From contig JAITQE010000003.1 of NCBI GenBank assembly GCA_031289055.1, forward strand, positions 26,585 through 90,584: a DNA stretch of 64,000 bases. Direction: 5' to 3'. Made by a program: the position numbers and the translations under genes. A model generated the notes under the pieces. That model was not told the origin of the DNA, made no database searches, and was given only the letters and a program-made list of their open reading frames with translations. How positions within the stretch are numbered: the stretch's first letter is position 1; every line of letters begins with the position of its first letter. Source of the stretch: Candidatus Endomicrobiellum porotermitis. Lineage in GTDB: Bacteria > Elusimicrobiota > Endomicrobiia > Endomicrobiales > Endomicrobiaceae. Shown in pieces: positions 8,838 to 18,413 of the stretch.

Positions 8838-10619
8838 ATGCCGATAAATATTCTTTCGCAGGAAACCGTCAATAAAATCGCCGCTGGCGAAGTTGTAGAA
8901 CGACCTCTAAATGTCGTCAAAGAGCTTGTGGAAAACTCTTTAGACGCTTTTGCGTCTTCCGTAACTGTAGAAATAGAAGAAGCTGGTAAAAAACTTGTAA
9001 GAGTTTCCGACAATGGTTGCGGTATGGATAAAAAAGATTTAGAGCTGTCTATATTAAGGCACGCCACAAGTAAAATAGAAAACTTTGAAGATTTATCTCA
9101 TATATGCACAATGGGTTTCAGAGGCGAAGCTCTGTCTTCCATAGCGGCGGTGTCTAATTTTGATGTAAAAACAAGAAAAAAAGGCGAATTATCCGGTTGG
9201 AAGCTTTCAAGCAACGGCGGGAAAAATGTAAGCGTTGTTCCATGTTCAGGGTCGGAAGGAACAATAACCGAAGTCAGAGATTTATTTTTTAATGTTCCTG
9301 CGCGACAAAAATTTTTGAAAAGCGATTCAACTGAGCGTTCAAGAATTATAAGTTCTTTTGAAGAAGCTGCTCTTGCAAATCCGGAAATATCTTTTAAAAT
9401 GCTTTCTGAAAATAAAACTGTTTTTTCATCTTCTAAAACGGACGATAAACTTGAAAGAATTTCAGATATATTAGGCAAGGATTTTGCAAAAGACCTAATT
9501 AATATAAAAATAGAACACCCAAAAGTAATATTGGATATTTATTTTACCGGAAGGGACAATTCTCTCGCCAATAAGAAATTCCAACACCTTTTTGTAAATT
9601 CGCGTCCAGTAAATTACCCTAGGCAACTTATTTATTACGTTTACCAAGCTTACAGGGAGTCTATGCCTCGCGATAGACACCCGGGAATTTTAATCTACAT
9701 TACAATTGATCCTTCCGAGATGGATGTGAACATACATCCTACCAAAAGAGAGGTAAAGTTTGCCGACGAACAAGGCGTATACGACATTATTTACAAGTCT
9801 CTAAAAAATGCTATTATATCGCATGCTCACCCTGAAATAAAAATAAATTCCGAACCGAAAGAAACAGAGATTTTAAGACCGCATACTGGAAGTAATTTTA
9901 AGTATCGACATGAAAAAAGCCGTTCTTTTAGCAATGGCGGCAGCGTTGTCGCTGAGCCAATATCAAAATACAATCCTAAAAATTATTCAATAGATAAGTA
10001 CGCTAACGTTTTTGCAAAGCAACAAGAGTTTGTTTCTGAAAAGTTTGACGAAAATATAAAAGTTTTGGGACAAGCGTTTAACGCATATATAGTTGTTGAA
10101 AATAAAGGCGAGCTGTATATTTTTGACCAACACGCTGCGGCTGAAAGGATAAGATATGAAGTCTATCTTTCTCAGATAAAAGCTCAGTCTTTAAGAGTGC
10201 AGCAGCTTCTTATCCCTGAGACTTTTGACATGTCTCCGAGCGGAGCGTCGGTTCTCAAGGCAAATATTGCTCTGTTTAACGAACTTGGGATAATTGTTGA
10301 AGAGTTTGGTCAAAATGTTTTTAGAATTACCGCCTATCCCTCGTTGCTTGGCAACGTAGCGATTAAACAAATAGTTAAAACTATAGTTTCAGATATAGAA
10401 GAAGATAAAAATGCCGAAATAAAGGAAAAGACGGATAAGATTATCCGTTCCGCATGCAGGTCTAGTATTAAGGCGGGAGACAGCGTGTCTTTTGTTGAAA
10501 CTAAAAAAATGATAAGCGATCTTTTCAAATGCGACCATCCCTTTACTTGTCCCCACGGCAGACCTACGGCTTATAAAATTTCTTTAAACGAACTAGAAAA
10601 ATTTTTTAAGCGGAAATAA
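8838..10619 (+). CDS. mutL: DNA mismatch repair protein MutL
   Basis: MPINILSQETVNKIAAGEVVERP, DNGCGM, GFRGEAL, C-terminal CPHGRP. ATG at 8838 preferred over the ORF-track start at 8790. Confidence 0.95.
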   Translation: MPINILSQETVNKIAAGEVVERPLNVVKELVENSLDAFASSVTVEIEEAGKKLVRVSDNGCGMDKKDLELSILRHATSKIENFEDLSHICTMGFRGEALSSIAAVSNFDVKTRKKGELSGWKLSSNGGKNVSVVPCSGSEGTITEVRDLFFNVPARQKFLKSDSTERSRIISSFEEAALANPEISFKMLSENKTVFSSSKTDDKLERISDILGKDFAKDLINIKIEHPKVILDIYFTGRDNSLANKKFQHLFVNSRPVNYPRQLIYYVYQAYRESMPRDRHPGILIYITIDPSEMDVNIHPTKREVKFADEQGVYDIIYKSLKNAIISHAHPEIKINSEPKETEILRPHTGSNFKYRHEKSRSFSNGGSVVAEPISKYNPKNYSIDKYANVFAKQQEFVSEKFDENIKVLGQAFNAYIVVENKGELYIFDQHAAAERIRYEVYLSQIKAQSLRVQQLLIPETFDMSPSGASVLKANIALFNELGIIVEEFGQNVFRITAYPSLLGNVAIKQIVKTIVSDIEEDKNAEIKEKTDKIIRSACRSSIKAGDSVSFVETKKMISDLFKCDHPFTCPHGRPTAYKISLNELEKFFKRK

Positions 10620-10632
10620 TCGGAAATTAAAT

Positions 10633-11514
10633 ATGGAAAACATAGGGGTAATAATTATCTCAGGACCTACTGCAAGCGGAAAAACAAAAAAAGCCGTTGA
10701 AATTTGCAAAGAAATAAACGGCGAGATAATCTCTTGCGACTCAAGGCAGGCGTATAAATATTTAGACGTTGGGACAAATAAAGACGGGATTTTTATACAA
10801 GACGGCGTTCGTGAAGTTGACGGAGTATTCCAATACTTGACCGACGTTATAAATCCAGATAAAAGTTATAACGCGATGGAATTTGTTAAAAACGCAGATT
10901 TAAAAATATCTGAAATCGCTAAGAATGGAAAAGTGCCTGTTATAGTTGGCGGCACCGGATTATATATAAAAGCTTTGCTTTACGATCTTGACGATATGCC
11001 AAAAGCCGACGACTCTCTGCGAAAAGAATTGAAAAATAAATCTCAAAGGGAATTGTACGAGAGTCTTTTAAAATTAGATCCCGCTGCGGCTGAGAAAAAT
11101 AAAAAGAATCCTCAAAGATTGCTTAGGGCTTTAGAAATTAACATTCTTTCGGGAAAAACTACAGGCGAGCTTATTAAACCCAAAGCTCCAAGATATAAAT
11201 TTAAGCACTATAGTCTTGTGGTTGAGAACGATATTCTTTATGATAGAATTAACTCAAGATGCAAGCTAATGATTGAAAACGGGATGGTAGAAGAGACCCG
11301 TAAGGTTTTAGATATGGGTTACGATAGAAATTGTCCCGCTTTGAGCGGAATAGGATATAAATATGCAGTGCAATATCTTGATAAGAATATTTCAAAAGAA
11401 GAGTTAATAATGGAATTTTCAAAAGATACGAGACATTACGCTAAGCGCCAAAAAACTTGGTTTAAAGTTCAACCTGACGTTGAATTTGTATTAGAGTTTA
11501 CGCATGGAGCATAA
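10633..11514 (+). CDS. miaA: tRNA dimethylallyltransferase
   Basis: GPTASGKT P-loop, SCDSRQAYKYLDVGTNK, GGTGLY. Confidence 0.9.
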   Translation: MENIGVIIISGPTASGKTKKAVEICKEINGEIISCDSRQAYKYLDVGTNKDGIFIQDGVREVDGVFQYLTDVINPDKSYNAMEFVKNADLKISEIAKNGKVPVIVGGTGLYIKALLYDLDDMPKADDSLRKELKNKSQRELYESLLKLDPAAAEKNKKNPQRLLRALEINILSGKTTGELIKPKAPRYKFKHYSLVVENDILYDRINSRCKLMIENGMVEETRKVLDMGYDRNCPALSGIGYKYAVQYLDKNISKEELIMEFSKDTRHYAKRQKTWFKVQPDVEFVLEFTHGA

Positions 11515-13036
11515 AATTCTTGTAAAAAACGCGGGAAAAATTTCCTTTGGAACAACGCTTTCAAGAATTCTCGGATATATAAGAGATATGCTTGTCGCCA
11601 ATTTGTTTGGAGCGGGCATATTTGCCGACGCCTTTTACGCTGCTTTTAGAATACCGAATCTTTTTAGGCGCATATTTGGCGAGGGATCATTTTCAGCGGC
11701 GTTTGTCCCTGTGTTTAGCGAATATTTGCATACAAAAGATAAAAGCGAAACGCAAAAATTTTTGAATATTGTTTTTACGGCTTTGCTTTTGATTATTGTC
11801 GCAATATCAATTTTGGGCGTATTTTTTGCTCCGGCGCTTGTAAAGATAATAGCTTTGGGGTTTACAAACGATCCAGAAAAAATGCAGCTTACAATAGAGC
11901 TTACAAGATTGATGTTTCCGTTTATTCTTTTTATTTGCCTTGCCGCTTTTTTGCTTGCAATACTTAATACCTTGCATTCGTTTTTTGTACCGGCGTTTGC
12001 GCCGTCAATGTTAAGTTTTTCGGAAGTTTTTTATATGTTGGCGATTGCCCCTGCGCTTGTTTCTGGGAATCAGATTAAGGGGCTTGCCGTAAGCGTTATA
12101 GCAGGCGGAGCTTTGCACTTTTTTGTTCAGTATTCCAAACTTAAAAGCCTAGGCTGGCGACTAAAATTTATGTTGGATTTAAAACACTCCGGAATAAAAA
12201 AGATAGCTTTGCTCATGCTGCCGTCTTTAGTTGGATTATCTGCGGATCAGATTAACGCTTTTGTGGATAATATTTGCGCATCGTTTCTTTCTCTTGGCTC
12301 TATAACTGCTTTATACTATTCCAATAGGGTTATGCAGTTGCCTCTTGCTATTTTTGGCTTAGCTTTTGCCACTGTTTCTTTACCAGCTATGTCAAAAGCT
12401 TACGCTCAAAAGGATATGACGACTCTTAAGAATTCTCTTAATTATTCCGTTAGATTTACAAATTTTGCTTTGCTTCCGTCTGCCGCGGGGTTAATGACTA
12501 TAGGACTTCCAATAATTAAGATGTTGTTTGAACGCGGAAGGTTTGCCTACGCAGCGTCTATTATGACTGATAATGCTTTATTTTATTATTCTTTAGGGCT
12601 TCCCGCTTATGCGTCGGCGAAAATTTTTGCTAACGCGTTTTATTCTTTCCAAGATACTAAGACGCCTGTGAAAACAGCCGTATGGGCTATGGTATTGCAT
12701 ATCGTTCTATGCGTAGTCTTGATGCGTCCTATGGGGGTGGGCGGTCTTGCTCTTGCAACGGCTTTATCTTCTTATTTTAATTTTATACTGCTTGCGCTAT
12801 ACTTGAGAAAGCGTATAGGAAGACTTGGCTTGAGACTAATAATCTTTTCTTCTTGTAAATCGTTAATTGCTTCAATAATTACCGCCATTGTCGCTTGGAA
12901 CGCTTGCAAGGCGTCCGACAATTTATTTATTTCAGTCCCTACCGCCATAGTTTTGAGTTCGCTTGCATTTGTTGCGTCGGCATATATTTTGAGATGCGAA
13001 GAGCTGAAAACATTTAAAAGCGTATTTAGCGGATAA
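11504..13036 (+). CDS. murJ: Lipid II flippase MurJ (MviN family)
   Basis: 510 aa polytopic protein. N-terminus SRILGYIRDMLVANLFGAG..DAFYAAFRIPNLFRRIFGEGSFSAAFVP is typical of MurJ. Confidence 0.9.
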   Translation: MEHKILVKNAGKISFGTTLSRILGYIRDMLVANLFGAGIFADAFYAAFRIPNLFRRIFGEGSFSAAFVPVFSEYLHTKDKSETQKFLNIVFTALLLIIVAISILGVFFAPALVKIIALGFTNDPEKMQLTIELTRLMFPFILFICLAAFLLAILNTLHSFFVPAFAPSMLSFSEVFYMLAIAPALVSGNQIKGLAVSVIAGGALHFFVQYSKLKSLGWRLKFMLDLKHSGIKKIALLMLPSLVGLSADQINAFVDNICASFLSLGSITALYYSNRVMQLPLAIFGLAFATVSLPAMSKAYAQKDMTTLKNSLNYSVRFTNFALLPSAAGLMTIGLPIIKMLFERGRFAYAASIMTDNALFYYSLGLPAYASAKIFANAFYSFQDTKTPVKTAVWAMVLHIVLCVVLMRPMGVGGLALATALSSYFNFILLALYLRKRIGRLGLRLIIFSSCKSLIASIITAIVAWNACKASDNLFISVPTAIVLSSLAFVASAYILRCEELKTFKSVFSG

Positions 13037-13050
13037 GAGGACAAAAATTC

Positions 13051-14352
13051 GTGCTTAAGCGCGGAAATAAAAAACTTGAACAGATTCCCAAGCTTCCTGG
13101 CGTTTACATAATGCGCGACGGAATAGGAAATATAATATATATCGGCAAGGCTAAGAGTCTAAAAGACAGATTGTCGTCGTATTTCAATGCGGATATAAAT
13201 TCAAAATCGGCCGCTATTATAACAGCCATGCGCAAGATAGATTATATTTTGTGCGCTTCAGAAAGAGAAGCGTTGATTGTTGAAAGACAATTAATAAATA
13301 AGATCAAACCATACTTTAATTCTATGTGGAAAGACGATAAGTCTTACCCGTATATAAAGTTTTCAGCAAGCGAGGATTTCCCGCGTTTAACGTTTACAAG
13401 AAAGAAAATTCACGACGGCTCTTTGTATTTTGGACCATATCCTCAGATTTTTTACATTAAGAAACTTATTCGCTGGCTTATAAAGTTTTTTAAAATTCGT
13501 CTTTGCAAGTTAAACTTTACGCAGCGCGAACTTCCTGAAGAAAAGAAGGTTAAATCTTGCATATACTATCACACGGATATGTGCTATGCCCCGTGTATGG
13601 GTAAGATTACCACTAAAGACTATAAAAATAAAATAAAAGACGTAGAATTGTTTTTGAACGGAAAGTTTAAAAGGCTAGAAGACGATTGGCAAACGCGCAT
13701 GTTTAATTTAAGCGATAATATGCGCTACGAAGAGGCTAAAGAAGTAAGAGATAGGCTCTATGCTATTCAAAATATGTCCGAAAGGGTGATGATTAGCGAA
13801 ATTACTCAAGACGAAATAAACGAATCTGTTCAAAGAGCTGACGGCATAAATGAATTGAAAAGCGTTTTGGGTTTGAAAAACTCTCCTGCCGTTATAGAGG
13901 GTTTTGATAATTCAAATATACAAGGCGCAAATGCCGTCGCTTCTATGGTTAGATTTCACAATGGTATTGCGGATAAAAAAAACTATAGGCGTTTTAAAAT
14001 AAAAACGGTGGAAGGCGCCGATGACTTTGCCACCATGCGGGAAGTTGTTTTTAGAAGATATTCATCGTTAATTAGAAAAAATGAAAAACTTCCCGATTTA
14101 ATTCTAATAGACGGCGGAAAAGGGCAGCTTGGAGCGGCCGTAAGCGCTTTGGAAAAACTTCAAGTTAATACGCCTATAGTTTCGTTAGCGAAAAAAAATG
14201 AAGAGATTTTTTTTCCTACTAAAGACAAAGCTTTGGTTCTAAGCAAACACTCAGAAGCGTTAAAACTTTTGCAGTCTGTAAGGGATGAATCCCACAGGTT
14301 TGCGTTAAATTACCACAGAAAACTTAGAGAAAAAAATTTGTATAAAATTTAA
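13051..14352 (+). CDS. uvrC: Excinuclease ABC subunit C, short form lacking the C-terminal (HhH)2 domain
   Basis: GIY-YIG (PGVYIMRD..IIYIGKA), UVR motif (MRYEEAKEVRDRLYAIQ), RNase H-like endonuclease domain (IEGFDNSNIQG...LILIDGGKGQL...RDESHRFALNYHRKLR). Ends a few residues after that. GTG start. Confidence 0.85.
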   Translation: MLKRGNKKLEQIPKLPGVYIMRDGIGNIIYIGKAKSLKDRLSSYFNADINSKSAAIITAMRKIDYILCASEREALIVERQLINKIKPYFNSMWKDDKSYPYIKFSASEDFPRLTFTRKKIHDGSLYFGPYPQIFYIKKLIRWLIKFFKIRLCKLNFTQRELPEEKKVKSCIYYHTDMCYAPCMGKITTKDYKNKIKDVELFLNGKFKRLEDDWQTRMFNLSDNMRYEEAKEVRDRLYAIQNMSERVMISEITQDEINESVQRADGINELKSVLGLKNSPAVIEGFDNSNIQGANAVASMVRFHNGIADKKNYRRFKIKTVEGADDFATMREVVFRRYSSLIRKNEKLPDLILIDGGKGQLGAAVSALEKLQVNTPIVSLAKKNEEIFFPTKDKALVLSKHSEALKLLQSVRDESHRFALNYHRKLREKNLYKI

Positions 14353-14371
14353 TAGCAATTGGTTTTAAAAT

Positions 14372-16546
14372 ATGAAAATATGGTTTATACGTCGTAAAAT
14401 TTGGCACTTGATAGTAGTAGCTCCTTTATCTTTTGCGATTCTAAAGTCAGTCTCTTGGCTGTTTAATAAAGAAAATTCAATCTATACAATTATATCAATT
14501 GTAATATTCTTACTTATATTGAGTATATGGATACTAATCAGAAGAACTAAAAAGGATACTTCTCAATCATATCCAATGCAAATGCAAGACCAAATTTTTG
14601 CCGACGCGCCTATTACTACAGAAAAAGAAGACATTTTAAATAGGAAAAATTTTGTTGAAAATCTTAAAGATATAATATCTGCCCATCCGCTTGATGAACA
14701 AAGCGTTCGTATATGCATAGATGCAAAATGGGGAGAGGGTAAAACGTCTGTATTTAATTTGTTGAAAGAAAGATTAAAGGAAGAGAAAAATACTATATGC
14801 ATAGATTTTAATCCGTGGTATTACAATAATGAAGAATCGGCTTTAAAAGGTTTGATAAAGTTGTTAGGCAACGCTGTTTCTAATCAGCCTCCATATCCTA
14901 GAGCAAACGACGATATTGATGAGCTTATTAAAGCTATAGCGGGAGGCGCTTGTAATAAATTTTTAGGAATTCCTTTTGGAACGCTGTTTAAAGAAGATAA
15001 AGATATTCAAAAATCGGTAACATCTATTTCAGAATCTGTTAAAAAAACAAAAAAGAAATATGTAATTTTTATAGATGATTTAGATAGACTTGATGCGCCT
15101 GCAATAAAACCCATATTAAAAATGATTATGGTAATGTCAGAAATTAAAAGTCTTATTTTTGTAATTGCAGCAAGCACTGAGCATATTTGTGCTGACGACA
15201 AAATAAGCAAAGAATACGTTGAAAAAATAATGACTGTTATCTTGCCGCTGCCTATTTTTAACCGTATAGAAATAAGAGAATATTTTTGTAAGAAATTTGA
15301 TGAAATAATAAAAGGGGAAAACTTCCCACAAGAAGAAAATAAAATAATAAAAGACAGGATACAAAGAACTTTCTTATCGCTAAAAAAGTTATGTACTTTA
15401 CGCAATATTAAGAGAGTGTTAGAAACATTTAAATTGTTACATAAACCCTTAGCGGGAGAGGTTGATGTTGTAGATTTTATTTTCATTGTATATTTATATA
15501 TATATTTCCCAAAGATAGTAGAAGAGATTTACAAAAATAGATATGAATTTGTTAAAGATTTTTCTCTTCCTGCTAGAGATAAGACAGATAAGACAGCTGA
15601 GGGACGTTTTTTTCAGAAGCGTATGATAAATAAAGAAAATAATAGAAATACTTATTTTGAAGAACTCATAGGTTCATATCCGCGACAAGATGATAAAGAA
15701 GATTTGCAAGTTATTTTATATGCAATGTTTCAAAAATTTAAACTGAGTAAAAGTTATTTGGAAGTTGAATATTGCGAACATCCAAAAAGTATTTATGATG
15801 GAAAATATTTTTCAAAATATTTCCGTTTTTGTATAGATAAAACGGACATTTCAGATAAATTGATAGAAAAATATATTTGTAAATGGAAAGAAAGCAAAAA
15901 CCCAGAGTCTTATATACGCAAAATTTTTATTAAATGCCGTCAGAACGACGATAATATTAATATTTTCTTTAAAAAATTGGACGATAAAAGGGATATGGCA
16001 GGCCCAGAGTTGTTAAAAAAGATAACTAAAGTGTATTCTCTTATTACTAATTATGATAAGTCTTTTGTTGAGTTTATTATTAATAATTTTAGTGGTGATA
16101 AAGTATTTCTTGAAGATATTTTACAAAATATGAAAAGTTTAGTATGTTGTTCTACTCTTGTCGAGCACTTAAAAAATGATTATAATGATTATTATGAAAA
16201 GGTATTTTTAAAAAGATTAAAAGAATTAACTCCCGAACAAATATTAAAGTGTGAAAATTATGATACGAATTTAACACGCGAAATACATTTTATGATATTT
16301 TCATATATAAAAGGATCTGAAGATGTTTTTAGAAAAGAATATGCGCCTATTATAGCGGCTGATAAACGCTTGATTTTAAATTATATGCAACAACAAAGCT
16401 GGACTTTTAGTTTTCTGAATAAGCTGTGGGGAGAAGATAATTATAAAAAAGCTATTTCTTTTTTAGAAAAACAAAACTTGACGGAAGAGGAAGAACAAAT
16501 TTTTAGCGATTTCAAGAAAACGAATGAGAAAGATGCAGATACCTGA
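14372..16546 (+). CDS. KAP-family P-loop NTPase with two N-terminal TM helices
   Basis: Walker A in the KAP form AKWGEGKTS, FNPWYY, Walker B VIFIDDLDR. Hydrophobic helices at about aa 10-30 and 36-56. About 400-aa helical C-terminal region of unknown type. Markedly AT-rich. Confidence 0.8.
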   Translation: MKIWFIRRKIWHLIVVAPLSFAILKSVSWLFNKENSIYTIISIVIFLLILSIWILIRRTKKDTSQSYPMQMQDQIFADAPITTEKEDILNRKNFVENLKDIISAHPLDEQSVRICIDAKWGEGKTSVFNLLKERLKEEKNTICIDFNPWYYNNEESALKGLIKLLGNAVSNQPPYPRANDDIDELIKAIAGGACNKFLGIPFGTLFKEDKDIQKSVTSISESVKKTKKKYVIFIDDLDRLDAPAIKPILKMIMVMSEIKSLIFVIAASTEHICADDKISKEYVEKIMTVILPLPIFNRIEIREYFCKKFDEIIKGENFPQEENKIIKDRIQRTFLSLKKLCTLRNIKRVLETFKLLHKPLAGEVDVVDFIFIVYLYIYFPKIVEEIYKNRYEFVKDFSLPARDKTDKTAEGRFFQKRMINKENNRNTYFEELIGSYPRQDDKEDLQVILYAMFQKFKLSKSYLEVEYCEHPKSIYDGKYFSKYFRFCIDKTDISDKLIEKYICKWKESKNPESYIRKIFIKCRQNDDNINIFFKKLDDKRDMAGPELLKKITKVYSLITNYDKSFVEFIINNFSGDKVFLEDILQNMKSLVCCSTLVEHLKNDYNDYYEKVFLKRLKELTPEQILKCENYDTNLTREIHFMIFSYIKGSEDVFRKEYAPIIAADKRLILNYMQQQSWTFSFLNKLWGEDNYKKAISFLEKQNLTEEEEQIFSDFKKTNEKDADT

Positions 16547-16853
16547 AAATATTATTAAGAAAATGAGTAAATATCCAGCTTTTTATGTTAAAGTTTGGAC
16601 TGCTTGCTTTAACATACCTGCGGGTAAAACGTTGACCTATAAACAGATTGCGGAAAAAATAGGCGCGCCGAAAGCCGCGAGAGCCGTAGCTTTAGCGCTG
16701 TCAAAAAATCCGTTTGCTCCCATAATTCCTTGTCATAGAGTTATAAGAAGCGATGGAAAACTTGGCGGCTATTCCGCCTACGGCGGAATAAAGAAAAAAT
16801 TGGAAATGATTAAATACGAGACAGAAACAGGAAAAGACGCTTCATTGGATTAA
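16524..16853 (+). CDS. MGMT/Ogt-like methylated-DNA-protein-cysteine methyltransferase (C-terminal DNA-binding/active-site domain only)
   Basis: IPAGKTLTYKQIAEKIGAPKAARAVALALSKNPFAPIIPCHRVI contains the PCHRV active site. The true start may be the ATG at 16563. Confidence 0.8.
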   Translation: MRKMQIPENIIKKMSKYPAFYVKVWTACFNIPAGKTLTYKQIAEKIGAPKAARAVALALSKNPFAPIIPCHRVIRSDGKLGGYSAYGGIKKKLEMIKYETETGKDASLD

Positions 16854-16933
16854 AGATACTCATAGAAATGCTGTTATGAACATGTGAAACAATAAATATT
16901 GATAAACTTTCGGATAATTTATAAAATCTTTCT

Positions 16934-17575
16934 ATGACGATTTCTAATCTTGAAGAAATAAAATGCCCTCAAGGACATCTCTTCGAGGCCAGTTTGCTTT
17001 CCGCTATAAGCGTTGCGGGTAACCCCGAATTAAAAGAAGCTTTGATAGCGGGCGAAATTAACCTACTGTCATGCCCTGTCTGCGGCGAAATGTTCTATGC
17101 CGAATGTTTTATACTCTACCACGATAGCGAAAATGAGCTTATAGCTTTTGTGTATCCGTTAAGTTTTCAAGAACAAGCTGCTCAATGCAAGACAAAAATG
17201 AAGAAAGAGTTTGATCTTGCATTGGCAAATTTTGAGGACAAGCGTAAAATAAACTATGAGCCTATTCTTTTGTTTGGCATTGAAGATTTGGTTTTGTTGC
17301 TGCGTTCAGAACAGAATATTGAAGACGAAGAATCTATTTTAAAATATATCGCGCCAAAATTATCTCTAAAAATCGTAAAAATATCTCCAAGTCTTTCGCG
17401 GAAACTTGGAATTCCGAAATTGCTTCCTATGCCTAAAGATCTCAAAGAACTAGACGCAAAAGCTTTAACGGATAGTTTGCAAACTCTTATTAAATATAAT
17501 CCTAACCTTTTGCATTATTGCGAGTTGTTGGAGAAAATATCAAAACGTAGAATAAACGTTTCAGATATAAAATAA
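16934..17575 (+). CDS. CpXC-like zinc-ribbon domain protein (hypothetical)
   Basis: IKCPQGHLFEA...NPELKEALIAGEINLLSCPVCGEMF resembles the CpXC domain layout. The first motif is degenerate. Confidence 0.4.
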   Translation: MTISNLEEIKCPQGHLFEASLLSAISVAGNPELKEALIAGEINLLSCPVCGEMFYAECFILYHDSENELIAFVYPLSFQEQAAQCKTKMKKEFDLALANFEDKRKINYEPILLFGIEDLVLLLRSEQNIEDEESILKYIAPKLSLKIVKISPSLSRKLGIPKLLPMPKDLKELDAKALTDSLQTLIKYNPNLLHYCELLEKISKRRINVSDIK

Positions 17576-18165
17576 TGGCAATCCCATTTTTACGAACCGG
17601 ATCCCTGATTCTTTCCGCCGCCGCATTGTGCTTGATGCTCTCATCTGCGCTGTTTGCCGATATGAAAATCACTAAAATCAAAAAAAACGCCGAGTCTTAC
17701 GAGATTGTTTTGAACAATGATATTAAAATTTTGAATATATTTTTAAGAAACGATCGTTTGGCATTCCCTCAATATAAAGGCAAACGAAAAATTTATCAAC
17801 AATTTTCAATTTTAAAAAGGGATTTTAGAAATTCTTTGTTAGACGCTTTAACGCGTAATAAAACGTTTTCAGGGGAATGCATAACGTCCTTTAAAGTTAA
17901 TAAGATGTCAGTTCTAAAAAACAATAGCGCCACGAAAGCGTTTGCTTCCGTGATTTTTGGCGATGATATAGAAGTTGAATGTCGTATTGTTAGCGGTAGA
18001 AATAGCTTATGGGTAGCGTGGCCTTCAAATTTAAAGAACGATATTTGGGTGAAGAATTTTATGTTTATCAATAAAAACTTGCAAAAACAGGTTGAAAAAA
18101 AGTTGATTACAGAGTATACTTCTGTTATGCGGTTGGACGCTAATTATGCAAAAAAAATAGAATAG
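17575..18165 (+). CDS. Signal-peptide-bearing protein with two SpoVG-like domains
   Basis: N-terminal hydrophobic leader ending ALFA/D. The C-terminal half (KAFASVIFGDDIEVECRIVSGRNSLWVAWPS...FINKNLQKQVEKKLITEY) parallels SpoVG ([29 protein letters not shown]...INSGTRSKIQDAVLTEY). The first half is more weakly similar. TAATG overlap with the upstream gene. Confidence 0.5.
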   Translation: MAIPFLRTGSLILSAAALCLMLSSALFADMKITKIKKNAESYEIVLNNDIKILNIFLRNDRLAFPQYKGKRKIYQQFSILKRDFRNSLLDALTRNKTFSGECITSFKVNKMSVLKNNSATKAFASVIFGDDIEVECRIVSGRNSLWVAWPSNLKNDIWVKNFMFINKNLQKQVEKKLITEYTSVMRLDANYAKKIE

Positions 18166-18284
18166 GCATAAATACGTTGCGTATTTCCCAATCATTGCCA
18201 TTCCTATAAAATAAATACTTTATTACTTTTCAGGAAGTATTTTCAGCGGAATTCTAACTTCTATCGCTATTGTCGCGGGGTTAG

Positions 18285-18413
18285 CGGGGTTTTGTTTCAT
18301 TTAGCGCTAAAACTCAAGCGCCCCGTGAAGAATTTCTGAAAAATGCCGATAAAGCGCTTTACGAAGCAAAAAAACAAGGAAAAGACAAAGTTGTGCTGTA
18401 TGAGGATATATAA
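18285..18413 (+). pseudogene. Relic of the C-terminal end of a GGDEF (diguanylate cyclase) domain
   Basis: A start-less open frame reads ...VSFSAKTQAPREEFLKNADKALYEAKKQGKDKVVLYEDI*, matching the canonical GGDEF tail (ll..AD.ALY.AK..GkN.v). A stop lies at 18282 and nothing recognisable lies upstream. Confidence 0.55.
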
